Below the pieces are notes generated by a model, which saw only the letters and a program-made list of their open reading frames with translations, was not told where the DNA came from and did not search any database. Of a DNA stretch of 64,000 nucleotides, positions 63,880 through 64,000 are shown in pieces. Origin of the DNA: a virus. Its lineage: Duplodnaviria > Caudoviricetes. Made by a program: the position numbers and the translations under genes. Every line of letters begins with the position of its first letter. The first letter of the stretch is position 1. The stretch spans positions 887 through 64,886 of the IMG/VR virus record IMGVR_UViG_3300020171_000005; one strand, given 5' to 3'.

Positions 63880-64000
63880 GACTACCAGATCTTAAACCGC
63901 AGGACCCTTCTATGGGGCCACCACTTCCCAAGGAACTTATGCTAATATGGCCTAAGGAACTAAAGGGCCCTCCTATGTCATTATCCTACAGAGCCCAATC
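63876..64000 (+). CDS. Partial protein with GPPLP...WP motif
   Basis: Hand translation MRLPDLKPQDPSMGPPLPKELMLIWPKELKGPP... Confidence 0.6.
   Translation, partial: MRLPDLKPQDPSMGPPLPKELMLIWPKELKGPPMSLSYRAQ

Larger units (their letters stand above)
1..64000. mobile_element. Segment of a bacterial dsDNA virus/provirus genome, possibly tailless
   Basis: Dense small ORFs in long co-oriented blocks; phage-type replication/recombination genes (Sak4-like, PolA, ThyX), tyrosine recombinase, structural-looking block; no housekeeping genes. Confidence 0.9.

Noticed and set aside
1-64000. Archaeal host, or a specific bacterial host phylum
   Set aside because: Repeated TTGACA/TATAAT promoters indicate bacteria; the phylum cannot be established without searches

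Overview
The whole window looks like part of one dsDNA virus (or provirus/viral plasmid) genome with a bacterial host, judged from many near-consensus TTGACA-17/18-TATAAT promoters and AGGAGG ribosome-binding sites. It has five blocks. (1) 1-21.4 kb, minus strand: recombination genes (AAA+ ATPase, ERCC4 nuclease, DUF669-like SSB, Sak4-like ATPase, PD-(D/E)XK nuclease), about 50 small early genes, a tyrosine recombinase and a structured non-coding region. (2) 21.6-28.7 kb, plus strand: nucleotide metabolism and replication (MazG-like protein, dimeric dUTPase, ThyX, two thymidylate-synthase-fold proteins, one with a dCMP-type Asp, dCMP deaminase, UDG-PolA fusion). (3) 28.8-50 kb, minus strand: probable virion module of beta-rich, Ig-like and repeat proteins plus a clan-CD-like protease; I recognise no terminase, portal, HK97 capsid or tail genes. 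(4) 50-58.6 kb, minus strand: a lipid/secondary-metabolite cassette (type III PKS, UbiA/MenA prenyltransferase, phytol/dolichol-kinase-like protein, SCP2, SDR reductase, HiPIP-like, ferritin-like, Mrp-like ATPase). (5) 58.7-64 kb: regulators, a DinG/XPD helicase and a 27-bp direct repeat. The two strongest novelty candidates are a Pro-rich peptide (PxxPxxGPPLP[RK]xxxxxWP) shared by about 7 unrelated proteins, possibly a sorting or cargo-loading tag, and the virus-encoded prenylated-polyketide/lipid cassette beside an apparently tailless virion module. All functional calls come from motifs read by eye; no database searches were run.
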